The position numbers were made by a program, and so were the translations under genes. A DNA stretch of 64,000 nt from the NCBI RefSeq assembly GCF_052425735.1, contig NC_135764.1:18414001-18478000 (forward strand), written 5' to 3'. This document shows, piece after piece, positions 36,593-49,107 of this stretch. The DNA is from Oculina patagonica. Its lineage: Eukaryota. A model generated the notes under the pieces. The model was given only the letters and a program-made list of their open reading frames with translations, had not been told where the DNA came from and did not search any database. The first letter of the stretch is position 1; the number at the start of each line of letters is the position of its first letter.

Positions 36593-38683
36593 TTAAGGTT
36601 TTGTAACTTTCTTTGACGTGGATTTAGATTTCATAGCTTTTATAAGTTTCTGTCTTTCAAGCTCCGTTTCTTTTCTTATTTCCTCCATTCTTTCAGCGAC
36701 ATCTTCCATTGGAGAGCTGTGTAAGTTTCCTGTGTTATCCAAAATCTGATCTTCTACCATGGTAGTATCAATGGCTGTAGAAAAGTAAAGCAAATCAGTA
36801 AGCATTTTTATGTACCTACTCATTCTGCCGGAAAATTATCAAAGTGTACTTCAATCAAGGAAATGATGTAACACAAGAACAGCTGTCGCAATGCACGTTT
36901 TCGTCAATCATAACTTTTGAATTTGTATTCATTATATGCACCATGATTTCCTGCATGGCCTCTGACTTGTAAGCAGCTCGATGTTCCGGATTTACGAGTT
37001 GTTCTCGCAGCGAATATAATTGTCTGATTATCGTATTTTTTCTTAAAGCCTGATTCTCTGCAAAAACTGGTTATATATAATATAATTGTTATTAGGACAG
37101 TTTGGCAATCACATGATTTTGTTCACAATACAATCAACTCGTAGCAGAATTGTGTTCTCTCCCATTTTGAAATAATGGCGTTTGTCTGACACTCTATTGG
37201 AATCAGCTTTGAAACTTTCATTTTCCAGTAAGCAAGGCGTATACCAATTTCGAATCTTATCATCGTAAACAAAAATGTTGTAGAGAAAACAATGCCACTT
37301 AAAGAGTAAGAGATTGACATTTTTTGATTTATTCTTACGATAAACTCCATGTCCTCCAAGGAACGCTGGCCCCGAGTTATAATACCCATGTACATCAGCC
37401 GCATGGCTCATAAACCCCGGATATTGCGGAGGTATTATTGGTCGTGGAATAAGAGTCCCTGTGACAGGCTCCTGATACATCCCGTCGTTTGGATCTGCTA
37501 GAAAAACAGGCCCAGACGCCTGCATATGGGGCCAGTGGGTATGATAACCGTGGCGAAGACCCCAAGGTATTGTACGATGGTATGAAGCTGGGTGTGGATA
37601 GTAGCCGTGAATCCCCGCGTGCGGAAAGCCAGGATGAGCGTGCAAGAGGTTAGATCCAGGAAACAAGGGATAGCCATGGTGTAGAGGATTTGGTACTCCA
37701 TGCGGTCCAATGAATAATTCGTTTTCAGCATTTGCAGGCGGAAGATAGGGTCCCTCTAGGATGGAGGTCGCTACTGGTGGAACAGCAACAACTTCCTGTC
37801 GCCGATATAGACTGCTGTGATGATTCAGTGGGTACCTAGTACCAAGTTTTTGGTTCCCTTGCAGATTAATTTATAAAAGATTGAGTTCATTGCTTATGAT
37901 TTATGATTCATGTATCTATGAACAAGAACTAGAATAATTGTCATGCGTTGAAATTATTTTAAGGTTTCACAGAAAACAAACCTCAGTAGTTGTCTTATTT
38001 CACACTGCTCCAACAAACATTTCGATAAACATGCATAGCTAACATTTTAAAGTAAACTTAGTCCGCACACTTAACCGAAACTTCGCGTGTTGGAACAAGA
38101 CTTTTGGCCTTCACTTCAGACATTCTCTAAAATAATGCTTTGTCGGCTACATCTGTGGATTTTTTATTTTTCATTTTCCGCATTTTAATAACTTGTTTTA
38201 CCGTTTAAATGCCAATAGACTATGCGACCGCGGTTTTCATTTCATACATTATGTGGTGGACAGTGGACTTTACAGTGATGTCATATTACTCTTGAAAATC
38301 ATTCTATTCAAGCTTATTATATTCACGTGATAATGGAACTATATTCAGAAAGATAATGGTTCTTCAGAGAGCATCACACGAATGAAAATGCCCGTTTTAC
38401 ATACAAGGATGAATAATCTACTTGGCAAGACCATGCTGAACAGCCTTAATCCATCGATATAACCCTTATTAGCAAAAGCGACCGAAAATTAGACTCTTAC
38501 CCGAGGTCGATCTCGAGGAAATTGAAATGATGTGATAAATCGCATTACTTTACACTGAGTTGCCAGCATGTTAAAAAATCTCTGAAAAACTACTGTGTGA
38601 AACATACCTGTTACCGGTCGAGAAAACACCTCCTGGCCAAAGAAAACAAAGATGGCGAGTCCATGCATAAAAGCTAAATACAT
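36593..38683 (-). CDS. Gene C: secreted His/Pro/Gly/Tyr-rich protein with a charged C-terminus, 258 aa
   Basis: Exons: 38683-38608 (MYLAFMHGLAIFVFFGQEVFSRPVT), 37857-37339 (..LHHGYP..HAHPGFPHAGIHGYYPHPASYH..LRHGYHTHWPH), 36774-36593 (..MEEIRKETELERQKLIKAMK..). GT-AG and phase 1; 777 nt. An alternative ATG lies at 38698. Confidence 0.8.
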
Positions 38684-39153
38684 CGTGCAAGCTGGCATAT
38701 GCAAAGAGCAAATTTAATTTTACTGTCCCATTCTTTCAAAATAATACTGAACTGTAAGTAACGGAGTGAGACAGACACGTAACCCAACCCACCACTACAG
38801 GGATCAAACTTTGTTTATGCTTGCCAACGGGAAAACTTGACAAAATAAGTGTAAACTACAGTGGTTTAAACACTTCTTTTAAAGGGAGTTTACGAAACGG
38901 GACCCTTTACGTTTTAAAAACAATAAATTACGCAATGGCATCGTCAGTGGACATCACACTAATGGTTTTCTTGCGCGAAAAATTAAAGGAATAAAAACAT
39001 ATTTCGAAACTAATTGTGGATCTCCAAATTAATAATTGGATTTTACATTTATTTCTTAAAAAATGAACGCAATTGATATGTTTACTCCCAAATAACAATT
39101 TTCCAAAGTAACAATTAAAAAATGTTTGTTAAAGCAGCGGTGGATTGCCAGTA

Positions 39154-40416
39154 TCAGCCTCGTGGGTGCTCGACAGCAATTAATGGAAAGAAGATAAATG
39201 GATCCTTTGAGTCATAGCTGTTGTCTTTGTTCAGGATTCTGTAGGCGGGGCCCGTCAAGTATGACTTATGGTCTTCGCGTGCTGTAGTCTCGTGTGGCAC
39301 GCCACGAGCATCTTTCATGATAGGAACGCTAATGAGGCCTAGTTTGGCTTCTAGAACAAAAGAAGCAGATCAAGAGGTCTTTTAAAACCTTCATTTAAGG
39401 GTTACAAACTAATTCAACAACTGTTACTATGATGTCTCCGAGTGAGGCTTCAGGTGGTAACCGACCTGCAACTCTACTTCTTATTCTTTGACAAATGCCT
39501 CTGCGGTATGCACGACAATCATCATAACACAAAAAGATGGCTTTAAATTTAGCATAACTCCCCTTTCTCTTATCCCCAAATCAAGCTACTCCCCCCCCCC
39601 CCCGTGAAATCCTTCATTCCTTTCCTTCCAGTAGATAAGTTATAGTCGGTCCCTCACAACAGTATTCGAGAGCGAAACATTGCACTTTTTACGGACACCA
39701 CATTGGGAAACTGTTCAGGGGTCTCGGTGTGGAAAAAAGAAAAAGGCTTTGAATTAAACCAATCTTATAAAGGTTATGACAGGTGTAAGCCTAGTCATCA
39801 AGAAAATCAAGGAAATAGTCATATCAAATCAAGCAAGACTTGCATTGCCTCAAAATATTCCAAATTAGTCCTTGGTGCTGAATCGAAATTTATCTGTTTG
39901 GTTTCGTTTATCGTCACAATCAACCTGTATAGCTAAATCACAACAATGGCAGGTTATGTTGGCCGACAACACATGGACATTATTTTTTAACAGTCTTTGT
40001 TAGGCAGTTCCCTTGCTGTTATTTTATTGCAGTATTAAGATTATATTAGACTCTTCTTAACCGACATAACTGTAAAATATGAATTTTCACGCTTATTTAA
40101 CGTTGACAAACAGAAGTAATTATGCGTCCAAATTTGTTTATTATACTTTGCCACAAAGAAAGATTTTTGATCGAAAAGTACAACACACGTTCCCAAAGAC
40201 ACCTTTCTTAAACTTCCCTATTTAGTATTTGTTGGTGAGAAAAAACCAAACCAAGGCAGGTTCATCTATTTTTTCAACGAAGCATCACTTTTTATTTACT
40301 GATGCCAGCGGTTAAACAAACTTACCGTCTTTAATTCTTTCCCTTGGCGGTCTTCCGTTCGCATCTTTAAATGTCAGGATTATTAAAAAGAGCAAACGTT
40401 TTAAGGATTTTGCCAT
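39154..40416 (-). CDS. Gene E: small secreted protein or peptide precursor, 95 aa, ending in ...EHPRG*
   Basis: Not in the ORF track. Exon 40416-40326 (MAKSLKRLLFLIILTFKDANGRPPRERIKD, donor G|gtaagt) joins in phase 1 to 39350-39154 (acceptor ttcttttgttctag; EAKLGLISVPIMKDARGVPHE...DPFIFFPLIAVEHPRG*). AATAAA lies ~100 nt downstream. Confidence 0.65.
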
Positions 40417-41728
40417 TACATTTCCTCAGGACCTCAATAAATCAAATTCTCTGTTTTACGGAACTGATAAAATTATAGGTGTTGACACAAAGGGGACTGG
40501 AAAGGAGTTATTGCCTTTTAAATCCATAGAAAAGACGAACCAGTCTTCAATGATGAGCCCGCGTTCTCATTGGATATTCCTAAGTAACCGATCACTGAGA
40601 CGTTTGGGATTGAACGGCTCAGGTATTGTTTAACAAGTGCTTCACATATGACTAAGCTACTGGCCATTCTCGTATCTCTTCACATTTGACAGAATAATGT
40701 GTGTTTGGCGAACGTTTATCTTAAAGGATAATTTATGATGACTTTCAAAATGAGCGTGTATCTTATTAGCGTTTAATCCTAGACACATCTGGCAACTTTA
40801 TTAAAACTGCCATCTTGAATCTGCCCATTGTGTTCTTATCACTTTTAAATAACGTAAGTGATAATTATATTGTAACGCCGCTTTCGAATTGGAATGCAAT
40901 TCATTCCTTTGGAATTGCAATTCATTCAATTGTTTTTTTTCTTGTTTCTAGCGATAGAAGAAATGATAATGGGTGCATTCCCTTTTTTTAAAATTTATGC
41001 ATTTTCACAAAAACAAGACAGTGCATAAACGATACGCTACTTACAAACGACTTTTACAAAAAAATACATTGAAGATTACAATAGTCAGTGCATTCAATAA
41101 AAAACATGAAATTTGCGGTGAGAATTTTTCAACAAATGGAACAGAGTAATATTAATCACGAAAACAAAACGGAAAGAAGCTGTTCCTTTTGAAAATTCTC
41201 TTTGTGATAACACCGCGAGAAAACATGGCGATCGAGGGTGAAACTTTTCTGCTTCATCTTCCGTCTTTATGAAGCCTTGGAGAAAGTTCGAGGGAAAACC
41301 TCTCGCTGCTTGAAAAGAATGGCTCTCTATTTACACTCGACAGGAATTGGATTAATTTGAATCAATTCAACGGGTTAATTTTAACGTTTTTTTGCTAAGT
41401 TGTTGACCTTGCTCTGTGAACGAACAGTCTGGTTGTACCAAATGGAACAGAAATTTTTCGGTCATTTCGGGAGAAATGGAAAAGAGGAAAACTTCTGAAT
41501 GTATTCTATTTTTGCGAAAATTTTCAATTGGGAAGAACCGTTCCATTTGATTTTTCACCGGAACAACCGGTTTCTGCGTACAAACGGAAAGCGCCCAACA
41601 TATCCTTCATCAGCCTACTAAAATGGATACAAAGTGTAGACTTAACTCAATATACACTTGTAACACAAATAATTATGCATTATGATAAATGTGTCACTGA
41701 ACACCAGAATTACTATATATAAGGGGCG

Positions 41729-44700
41729 TTATCTTTCGTCATTTTCAGAGTCATTGTGCTCCTCATCAACATCGTCATTGTCAGCGTCGTCATAGTCACG
41801 CAGCTGATGTTTCGGTGGAGGCTCATCTCTCTCACTGTCATAATCATCAGTGTCATCATCGTCTTCATCGCCATCTTCGTTCTCATTGTCCAATGGATAT
41901 CTAACTTTCGGACGCCTTGGGTGAAAAAATGGAAACCCCATTCCAGGCCTGGGGTGGGGTGTAACAAATGGTAAATATGGATTTACACGAGGAAGAAAAA
42001 GCGGTTGGTGAAACATAGGTTGCCGCCTAAATCCAAATGGTATCGCGCCCTCTTGCTGGGTAAGGATGGGATTTTGAAGACCTCGCATAAAATTAGACAA
42101 TTGAACGTTTTGAAGGTTTTGCAATGGAGGTACGTCTTGCTGGTTTTCTAGTAGTTTGGCCTTCAGCTGGAGTCGAGGGAGGTGATTCTCCATCTGGTCT
42201 TCAATTAGTTTTCTCTGCTCTGCTAGGTTCATTTCTTGTATTTGCGGGCTATTTCCTGGCAGGTTGCCATTTTCACCCTGTGTATTTTCTAAGTCGGGCA
42301 TTTGGGACATTGGGCGGAACGGACCTTGCGTCATCATATCTCGTGCGTCCAGCATACCTCCATTCAAACTAGGCATTCTATTCGTGTGGTGAGAATCGAC
42401 TTCTCGTCCGATTTCCGTACTTTTCATGCGTGCAATGAAGTTAAGAAGATCCAAATAGTTTGCACGTTTAGCAGAGAGGTCCTCGTCATCCTTATCCAAA
42501 GAAGACGGCGGGTTAGTATCCTTGTAACTTTCTTGTATTTCTGTTTTGGCAGTTTTGCTAAACTGATTGTTTTTTTCGGGCAACTGACTGGAAGAGTCTT
42601 GTTTATTTGCTCTTTGCTTAGCAATGTGTGTTGATTTAGCTTTTTTCACCACTTTATCCAAAAGCTTGAGTATTGCAGCCCGAAGTTCGATTATGGTTTT
42701 GTTTTTGGAGGCATCAGATTTGCCTTCTATGTTAAATATGCTGACCTTTTCGTCGTCCTCCTCTCCTTTTGATCCCGACAGCTGGAAATGTCCATCGCTT
42801 ATTTTTCTTTTGATAGCTTGAGCATCTCTGGAATGATCTCTATAAAGTGCTTTTAAAAGTTTTCGAAACTGGGATCCAACTATGATTTTCTTAGCAAAGT
42901 GGACGTTCTGAGGATTTTTTACTAAAACATCCTTCCTCGTGCCTGGCTGAGAAATAAACTTGACATTCTGACAACAACTGAATGCTTTTGAAGAATTAGA
43001 TGATCTCTTTTCTTTAAAAGGTGTACTGTCTGTATGTTTCCTGCAAATATGAATTCTAGTTTAGTTGTTTTTTAATCATAATCAAAACTAACTTTAAAAG
43101 AAAGATGAACTGTTCAACGATAAAGTGTTCTTAAGAATTGATGTGCTATGTGCTTTGTAAACTGTGTTGGTATAGGTGAAGTTTTTTTTATTAACAGCTT
43201 TTATTTACATCACGTTACAAAGGAAAAAAAAGAAAAAAAAAACAGAAGTACCATCAATATTCACATAAAAGATCTAATTTACATATATGCATTCAATAAG
43301 CTATAGAAGATTAAAGGTTCATAGCACTTAAAAGTATTCTCATTAAATGTATTCTCAGGCATGCATGGCTTTTCCTTTTTCCAGTGAAAACTGTGTTTTA
43401 TGATGGGCACCAAAAGAAGAAGGGAAGCCTGGAAATCCTTCTATTTTGGGGTTTACTTCTTTTGTTCTGCAGGTCCATATGAAATACCTGGCCACAAGAA
43501 AGTAGAAGTATTGTTTTGTGTGGAAAAGGGTATCCGACCTTAGACCAATGATTATAGCGGGGGCAAGTGTGTTGGATTTCAACATTATTTGATTTTGAGC
43601 CAACCATTTCATAAAGTCCTGCCAGAAACAAAAAGTCTTGCTACAGGTCCAGAATAAATGTATAAGGGACTCTTTCACAGTTCCACAAAAGGTACAGATA
43701 TCGTTTTCTCTTAAGCCGATTTTTTCTTAAGAAAGTCATTTGTCGCCAGTCTTCTATGAAGTAGTTTAAACTGAAAAATTATTAATTTGGTAGCTTTTGT
43801 GCTGCAGAAAGGGAGTCTGTAAGCCATCTCCCAGTTAATTTCTTCTGAGCATTCTAGCTAGACTGCAGTCAACACACCACTTCTCTTGGCTTTTCGTAGG
43901 GCTGTTTTGTTTATCGCTGACTAGCTTTTCATATGCGATTCTATTGGGCTTAGAAACTTTTGTGAAGTTGTCAACAAAGGTGCTTAGTTTTTGTTTTTTA
44001 CGTATTGTTTTTTTTTTTGTGTCATTTCTTACAGATTTTATGCACAATACGACACCATGATAAGTAAGAAAATTTGTTTTAGTGTCAAAGCGTTCCTTAA
44101 ACTCCGGGAAAGAGGAACTTCTCAGCGTCTTGTCAGTTAATGTCGGAGGAAGCGAAAGCCAGCCATTCCCATTTTTACAATCCCTGGTATACTTCGTTAA
44201 ATGGACGCTACAATTAGTACCCTTTTACAAGAAAACGGATACAAAAAATCTGTGTTGACTTAGCGTATAACAAACCAGCTATTAATGTTTTTCGCGCTCT
44301 TTAATTTTTATAAGCGTTGAAACAATGACAGCTAGTAAGCGATTTCCTTCAACATTTTTTTTACGCAAACACTACCAAAAAGAATAGAAACAAAACCCCG
44401 CTCTGTCTATAGATCTCGTCGCTTTTCCCACACTCGAAATTCCAAGATATATTTAAGTGTTTGTCATAAATATACGTTCGCCTTCTGCCCCGGTATTAGC
44501 CATCTGGACCACTACCCATGATCACAAAGCGAATCGTGCACATGCTATACCTAGATAGAAGGTGTGTACCTGTGAAACGCTTGCTCCATGTGCGTTTTCT
44601 CCACTTTCGATCGTGTTGTTTCACTTCTTTTCTCCACAGCTCTAACTTTGGGAATCAGTTTGTTATTTTTCCATCGATTAAGTATTTTGGTGGGCTGCCT

Positions 44701-47109
44701 TCCCTGGATGGTAATGCACTCTGAAGATGGTTTAATAAGCGTTGTTAATGTCTATGTCATCTGTAAAAACGTTCTGTTATAGTTAACTTTACCCAAATCG
44801 AGTTCAATAATACTCAACAACAGTTGAAGTATTAATGCTTTTCAAGGTCACTGATCTTATTACTTGACCTACTTAGAAGAATCTGGAGGAGTATTTATCA
44901 AATAAATGAACTGATAAATTCAGCTAATTGTTGTAAAAGATGACAGCAGCTATTTTGCCAGCTTGATAGCAATTCCATTGTCACGGAAAAATAATATATG
45001 GCCCTTTTAGTTTTAAAAATGCATTTAACACAAGTGAGTAGTCATTGTTTATCGCTTGGCGGGGTGGGGGAGGATTTGGGGGTTTACTTGATTTTGGGAG
45101 GAGTGAAGGGGGGGGGGGGTTCATTCGGGTAGAGCTGTGCGAGCAGGGGTGGGGGTTAAGAAAAAGAGAAATTTCCTGTTTAGCTTTTTTGTTATCTCAC
45201 TTTATAAACATACAAGTGTCATTTGTAACTGTTACATTTAATATAATTTTATCAAACCAATTATACGAAAAAATAAATGAAAAACACAGTTTTCTTTTAA
45301 GTAAATGTAGTTTGTTTTTTTTTTCCTACCCTGTTGAGTAAAGGGTTTTTTTTTATGATAAGCCAACTCGAAGAAAGAATCGCTACACTGGTTTCAGCAA
45401 TGTCCTCGGTGAGATTGAGGATAAGGCAACGAACTCGACATTTATTTAGAAGAACATGGACTAGCAAAGATAGGGAAGAGTATAGAGAAGATATGAGCAA
45501 CGTCATGGAGCCGGAGGGTACTCACTATTCGGCCAGTCTCCGCCCAGAAGGGGTACCTTTTTCAGGCTGTAGGTATATGAAAGGGTAGGGATTTCACAAG
45601 TTGGAGTATACAGAAGTGTAGGTAAACTGTCATTTAGGTTTTAACAAGGACCTTTCAAAACATCTAAAACAGACACACCGAATCGTCGTGTCGTTTAAAG
45701 TACTTTAAGAGGGTTTTCAACTAAAAAATGAAGGAAAGAGATGCAGTATCCTTTTTGTAGGTTGGTGAAAAGGGGTACATTATCTCCAATCGATGGTACA
45801 CGAAAGAGTACCATTTCTGTCAATAGGGTGTATGAATGGGTAACTGGAAAGAATACTGTAAACCCTTTGAAATTGGAGCAACCCCATATTTTTTCCGAGA
45901 CCCCCTCCCCCCCCCCCGCCAAGTTACTAGTGGAAGAGGGAGAAGACGGTGATAGTGCTGTCGAGAGTGACAAAGGTGGAAGTGTTGTGCTAGTAAACTT
46001 GAATTGCCTCCCTGATGACAATGATGCGATGCAGTTCGTAACTGATAAATTGTTTTTCAGTGGTGCATGCCGCAACGTGTTAAAAACATGCAAGTAATTT
46101 ATATCACAAAACATGTATGAGAGACACGGGGGGGGGGGGGGGGGGGGGGAGGTGGGAAGTGTACTTGGAATGGTACCAGTCATGGGGGGTGCTGAAACAA
46201 TAGCCATTCTTAGACGATGGATCGGATATTTTATATTGTTCATAATACAGAATCCTCCAAACTCCCCACCCCCTCCCACCCCAGGCGATAAATAAGGACT
46301 GGTCCCTAATGAAACTGCGAAGAAAATCCATGTTTTGTTTAAATAAACACTGGTGATGCAGGATGCACTGCAAAATATAATCTAGATAAATTCCATTTAA
46401 CAATCAGTATTACAAGGAAATAATTAAAATTGAAAACGCCCCTCTATATAATGTGGCGAATGTCAACCACCAATCAAGGGAAAAATTGTTTCAGTCTATC
46501 ATAGCATTTTTCGTTCTCCCAAACTCAAGTGTTTTTTGAAAGGAGGAATTGATAGCATTGCCAAAACAAATATAAGAGAAACTTTGTTCCTTTTTCATCG
46601 ATCGTGTTAAATTTTGTTGGCTTTAAATTTGGGTAGAATTATATTTGTTAATTATAAGAGTAAGGAAAACGAAGAATCCATATCAAACGGATTATTCCTC
46701 TTTTGTGGTTGTCAAACATCAATCAGAAGAAGAACTGTTCCAGTTTATAACACAATCTTGAATCGTGGTGAACATAAATGTCTGAGAAAGAGACGTGATA
46801 CCATGGCCAACTATATATCAAAACAAAACTAACAATACAATAAATATTACGTTGTTGCCTCTGCAATTAACCCAAGGGCACAGAATTAGGAGGATCATAT
46901 ACTTTGACTGTATTATTGTACACCAAACGGGGCTTTTACCGAACCATACTTGGATAATACAAAATATTTGAAAATTATATGTTTATTTGTCCGAGTGTTA
47001 TGAAACATAGTGAGGAGTATTTTGTCATTGTGATTTGCCCACATTGCTTACCTGACTCTTGGTTTATCGCAAAACACAGCACCATCAAGCTCAACACGGC
47101 TGCCTTCAT
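41729..47109 (-). CDS. Gene D: secreted low-complexity protein with a basic N-half, Q/N/P/F-rich middle and Asp/Glu-rich C-terminal tail, 506 aa
   Basis: Exons: 47109-47052 (MKAAVLSLMVLCFAINQES, phase 1), 44720-44570 (ECITIQGRQ...QAFH, ends phase 2), 43040-41729 (starts phase 2 and runs into the 310-aa ORF ending ENEDGDEDDDDTDDYDSE...DNDDVDEEHNDSENDER). Phases match; 1521 nt. Confidence 0.8.
43195..44125 (-). mobile_element. Truncated Tx1/L1-like LINE 3' end (post-RT zinc-binding region), in an intron of gene D
   Basis: FQFKLLHRRLATN..ENDICTFCG..ESLIHLFWTCSKT..FW..ARYFIW with frameshifts, followed by an AT-rich 3' UTR. Confidence 0.75.
45040..46308. mobile_element. Degenerate MITE or composite with G-rich inverted ends
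   Basis: agtcattgtttatcgcttggcgggg (45040) is the inverted counterpart of ccccaggcgataaataaggactggtccc|taa (46280-46308). The interior contains an aggggtacc-type repeat resembling one at ~33240-33330. Confidence 0.45.
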
Positions 47110-49107
47110 GCTGTAAAAACTCATTAATTTTCTCTTGTAAAGCCAACTTCACATTTTAATAGTCTTCGTTTTTCCTATATGAATCAAGAGCCATTTACAA
47201 CATTATTCTTCTTAGTCGGTTGCAACTCATTTATTATTGAGAGCAAGAAAGTTGAGAAACACTGACCAAGACAGGTTAACTGCTATCTTTCCACAATGGA
47301 AAGCCTGTCCATCAAAGCTAAGGCGGAGAATACCTGTCATATCTTCTGTTAACTTGTGACCTGTTATTCAAAGACCTGCTCTGTAGATATCGCTCTGAAA
47401 GCCGTTTGGCGGCAAAATGACATTTCAACTACCCACCATCGAATTTCTTTTTATTCTAGGCAAGTCTAAGCCATTAAAAATTTCTTTTTAACCTAAAAAT
47501 CTCCTTGAATTTTACGAGGACAGAAGAAAACAAGATATGGGCTGTTTTATTTTTGTATTTGTATTATAGTGTAGAGAAGCTAAGAACGTCGAAGTCCTTT
47601 ATGAAACACATGTTTTTACTTGTTTCCTCGTGCTGTTCTTGCGAATCCGTGCAGACAAAAGCATTTAAAACTTGAGGAGTTAGTAGGTGGGGGTTGGTTT
47701 TGAGAAGCAGGGAGCATTAAAGTAAGTACGTTCAGTGGAATTACCTTCCAACTAAAATGAAAGCAAAACAGTCTTTCAAGTTATCTTAGTACTCATGTTT
47801 CCCTTTCCCTTCAGTCGCCTTAATTTTGTCGCCATGAATTACGCAGCGTAAAAATATCAACACCGCTGAACGCATAAACAAGGTGATCAGTCAAACAGCT
47901 AGTTTCCAAAATGGCGGCCAGGACTGTCAGGTTACAGTTAAAACGGTTATTTTTTACAGTGAAACTACGCCTATTACCCCGCTGCTTTCGCAAATTACGG
48001 AACTCCATAAAAGGCAGATAAAGATTGGCTACGCGTGTGAGTTTGGTGGACCAAAATGACTCTAGTTTGTAATCACTCCAAGAGATGCTAGTTTCGAATG
48101 GTGGTTAGCTGTAAAGTAACATGAAAGGAGGGCCATTTAGCGATTTTGTTTTTTGTAACCACGGTAACTTTTTTTGGCTAGGTGTGGTAAATACGATGTA
48201 CGTTTCAGGTAGTGAAGGGCACTGATCGTACTGACTCCATAAAATCTCCCAGCAAAGTGAAATAGTGGCGTTCGATTGGAAAGAAAAATTGGGGTAATTA
48301 AATCTGGGAAAGCCTTTTCAACACATCGGCGCTATAGAGCTACAATAAAGCAGAAGAACATAGTAAGATTAAGATAGAATACCTTTATACTTACAATCAA
48401 TAGATATAGTCAGGAGACAAAGCAATCCGACATGTTTAATTCTGGGGTCATTCTGATATCACGGGAAGAGTTTAGTAGTTGACTGATCCAACATAAGGTC
48501 GTCTTTTCCACTCTAGGCAGGTCTGAACAAATGATTGCTTTTTTTCCTCAACTGAAAAAAGAAGGAAGCTTAGTCTTTAATAAAATAATAAAGGTCACGA
48601 TGGAAATGGCACAAACCATTTCTGGCCAATTGATCAAAATGCAAGTCAATTCATGACAGAGGCCTTTCAAAAAGGTCAGTTCCTGCAGGAGCTCCATCCA
48701 TGTCTTTAAACAGTTTCAGTTTAGGCCTACAATGTCCACCGAATGAATCATAGTTTAATAAAGTTAAGCGACACGAGAATAGGGCCGCTGTTATAGCCAG
48801 TTTGCTCAACTTCTGTTCAACTTTAACTGTTTCTGCATACACATGTACATCTGTAATCATTTACAGCGGTGGTTTTTCTTTCTCGCTGGAATATCAAGTA
48901 GTCCCAAAGTTAAAAATACCTTGACGAAGTACTGCACGTATTGCTCGGCTATAAACAGGAACCTTGTATTGTTTTTAATTTTACATGTGAAGTATTCTTT
49001 GTGCGAGTATGATAAGCGAACAAATTAAAGTACTTCGTCTCGATACACAACAACAAACACCGCATGTTTTCATACTAGAAAACATGAATACAAACAGAAT
49101 TTAATAC

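Noticed and set aside
45695-46403. Pro- and Gly-rich ORFs
   Set aside because: They arise from poly-G/poly-C runs in repeat-derived intronic DNA.
48394-48522. Possible sixth secreted-gene exon (AG...GTAAGT)
   Set aside because: Stops in all three frames and no ATG-led signal peptide.
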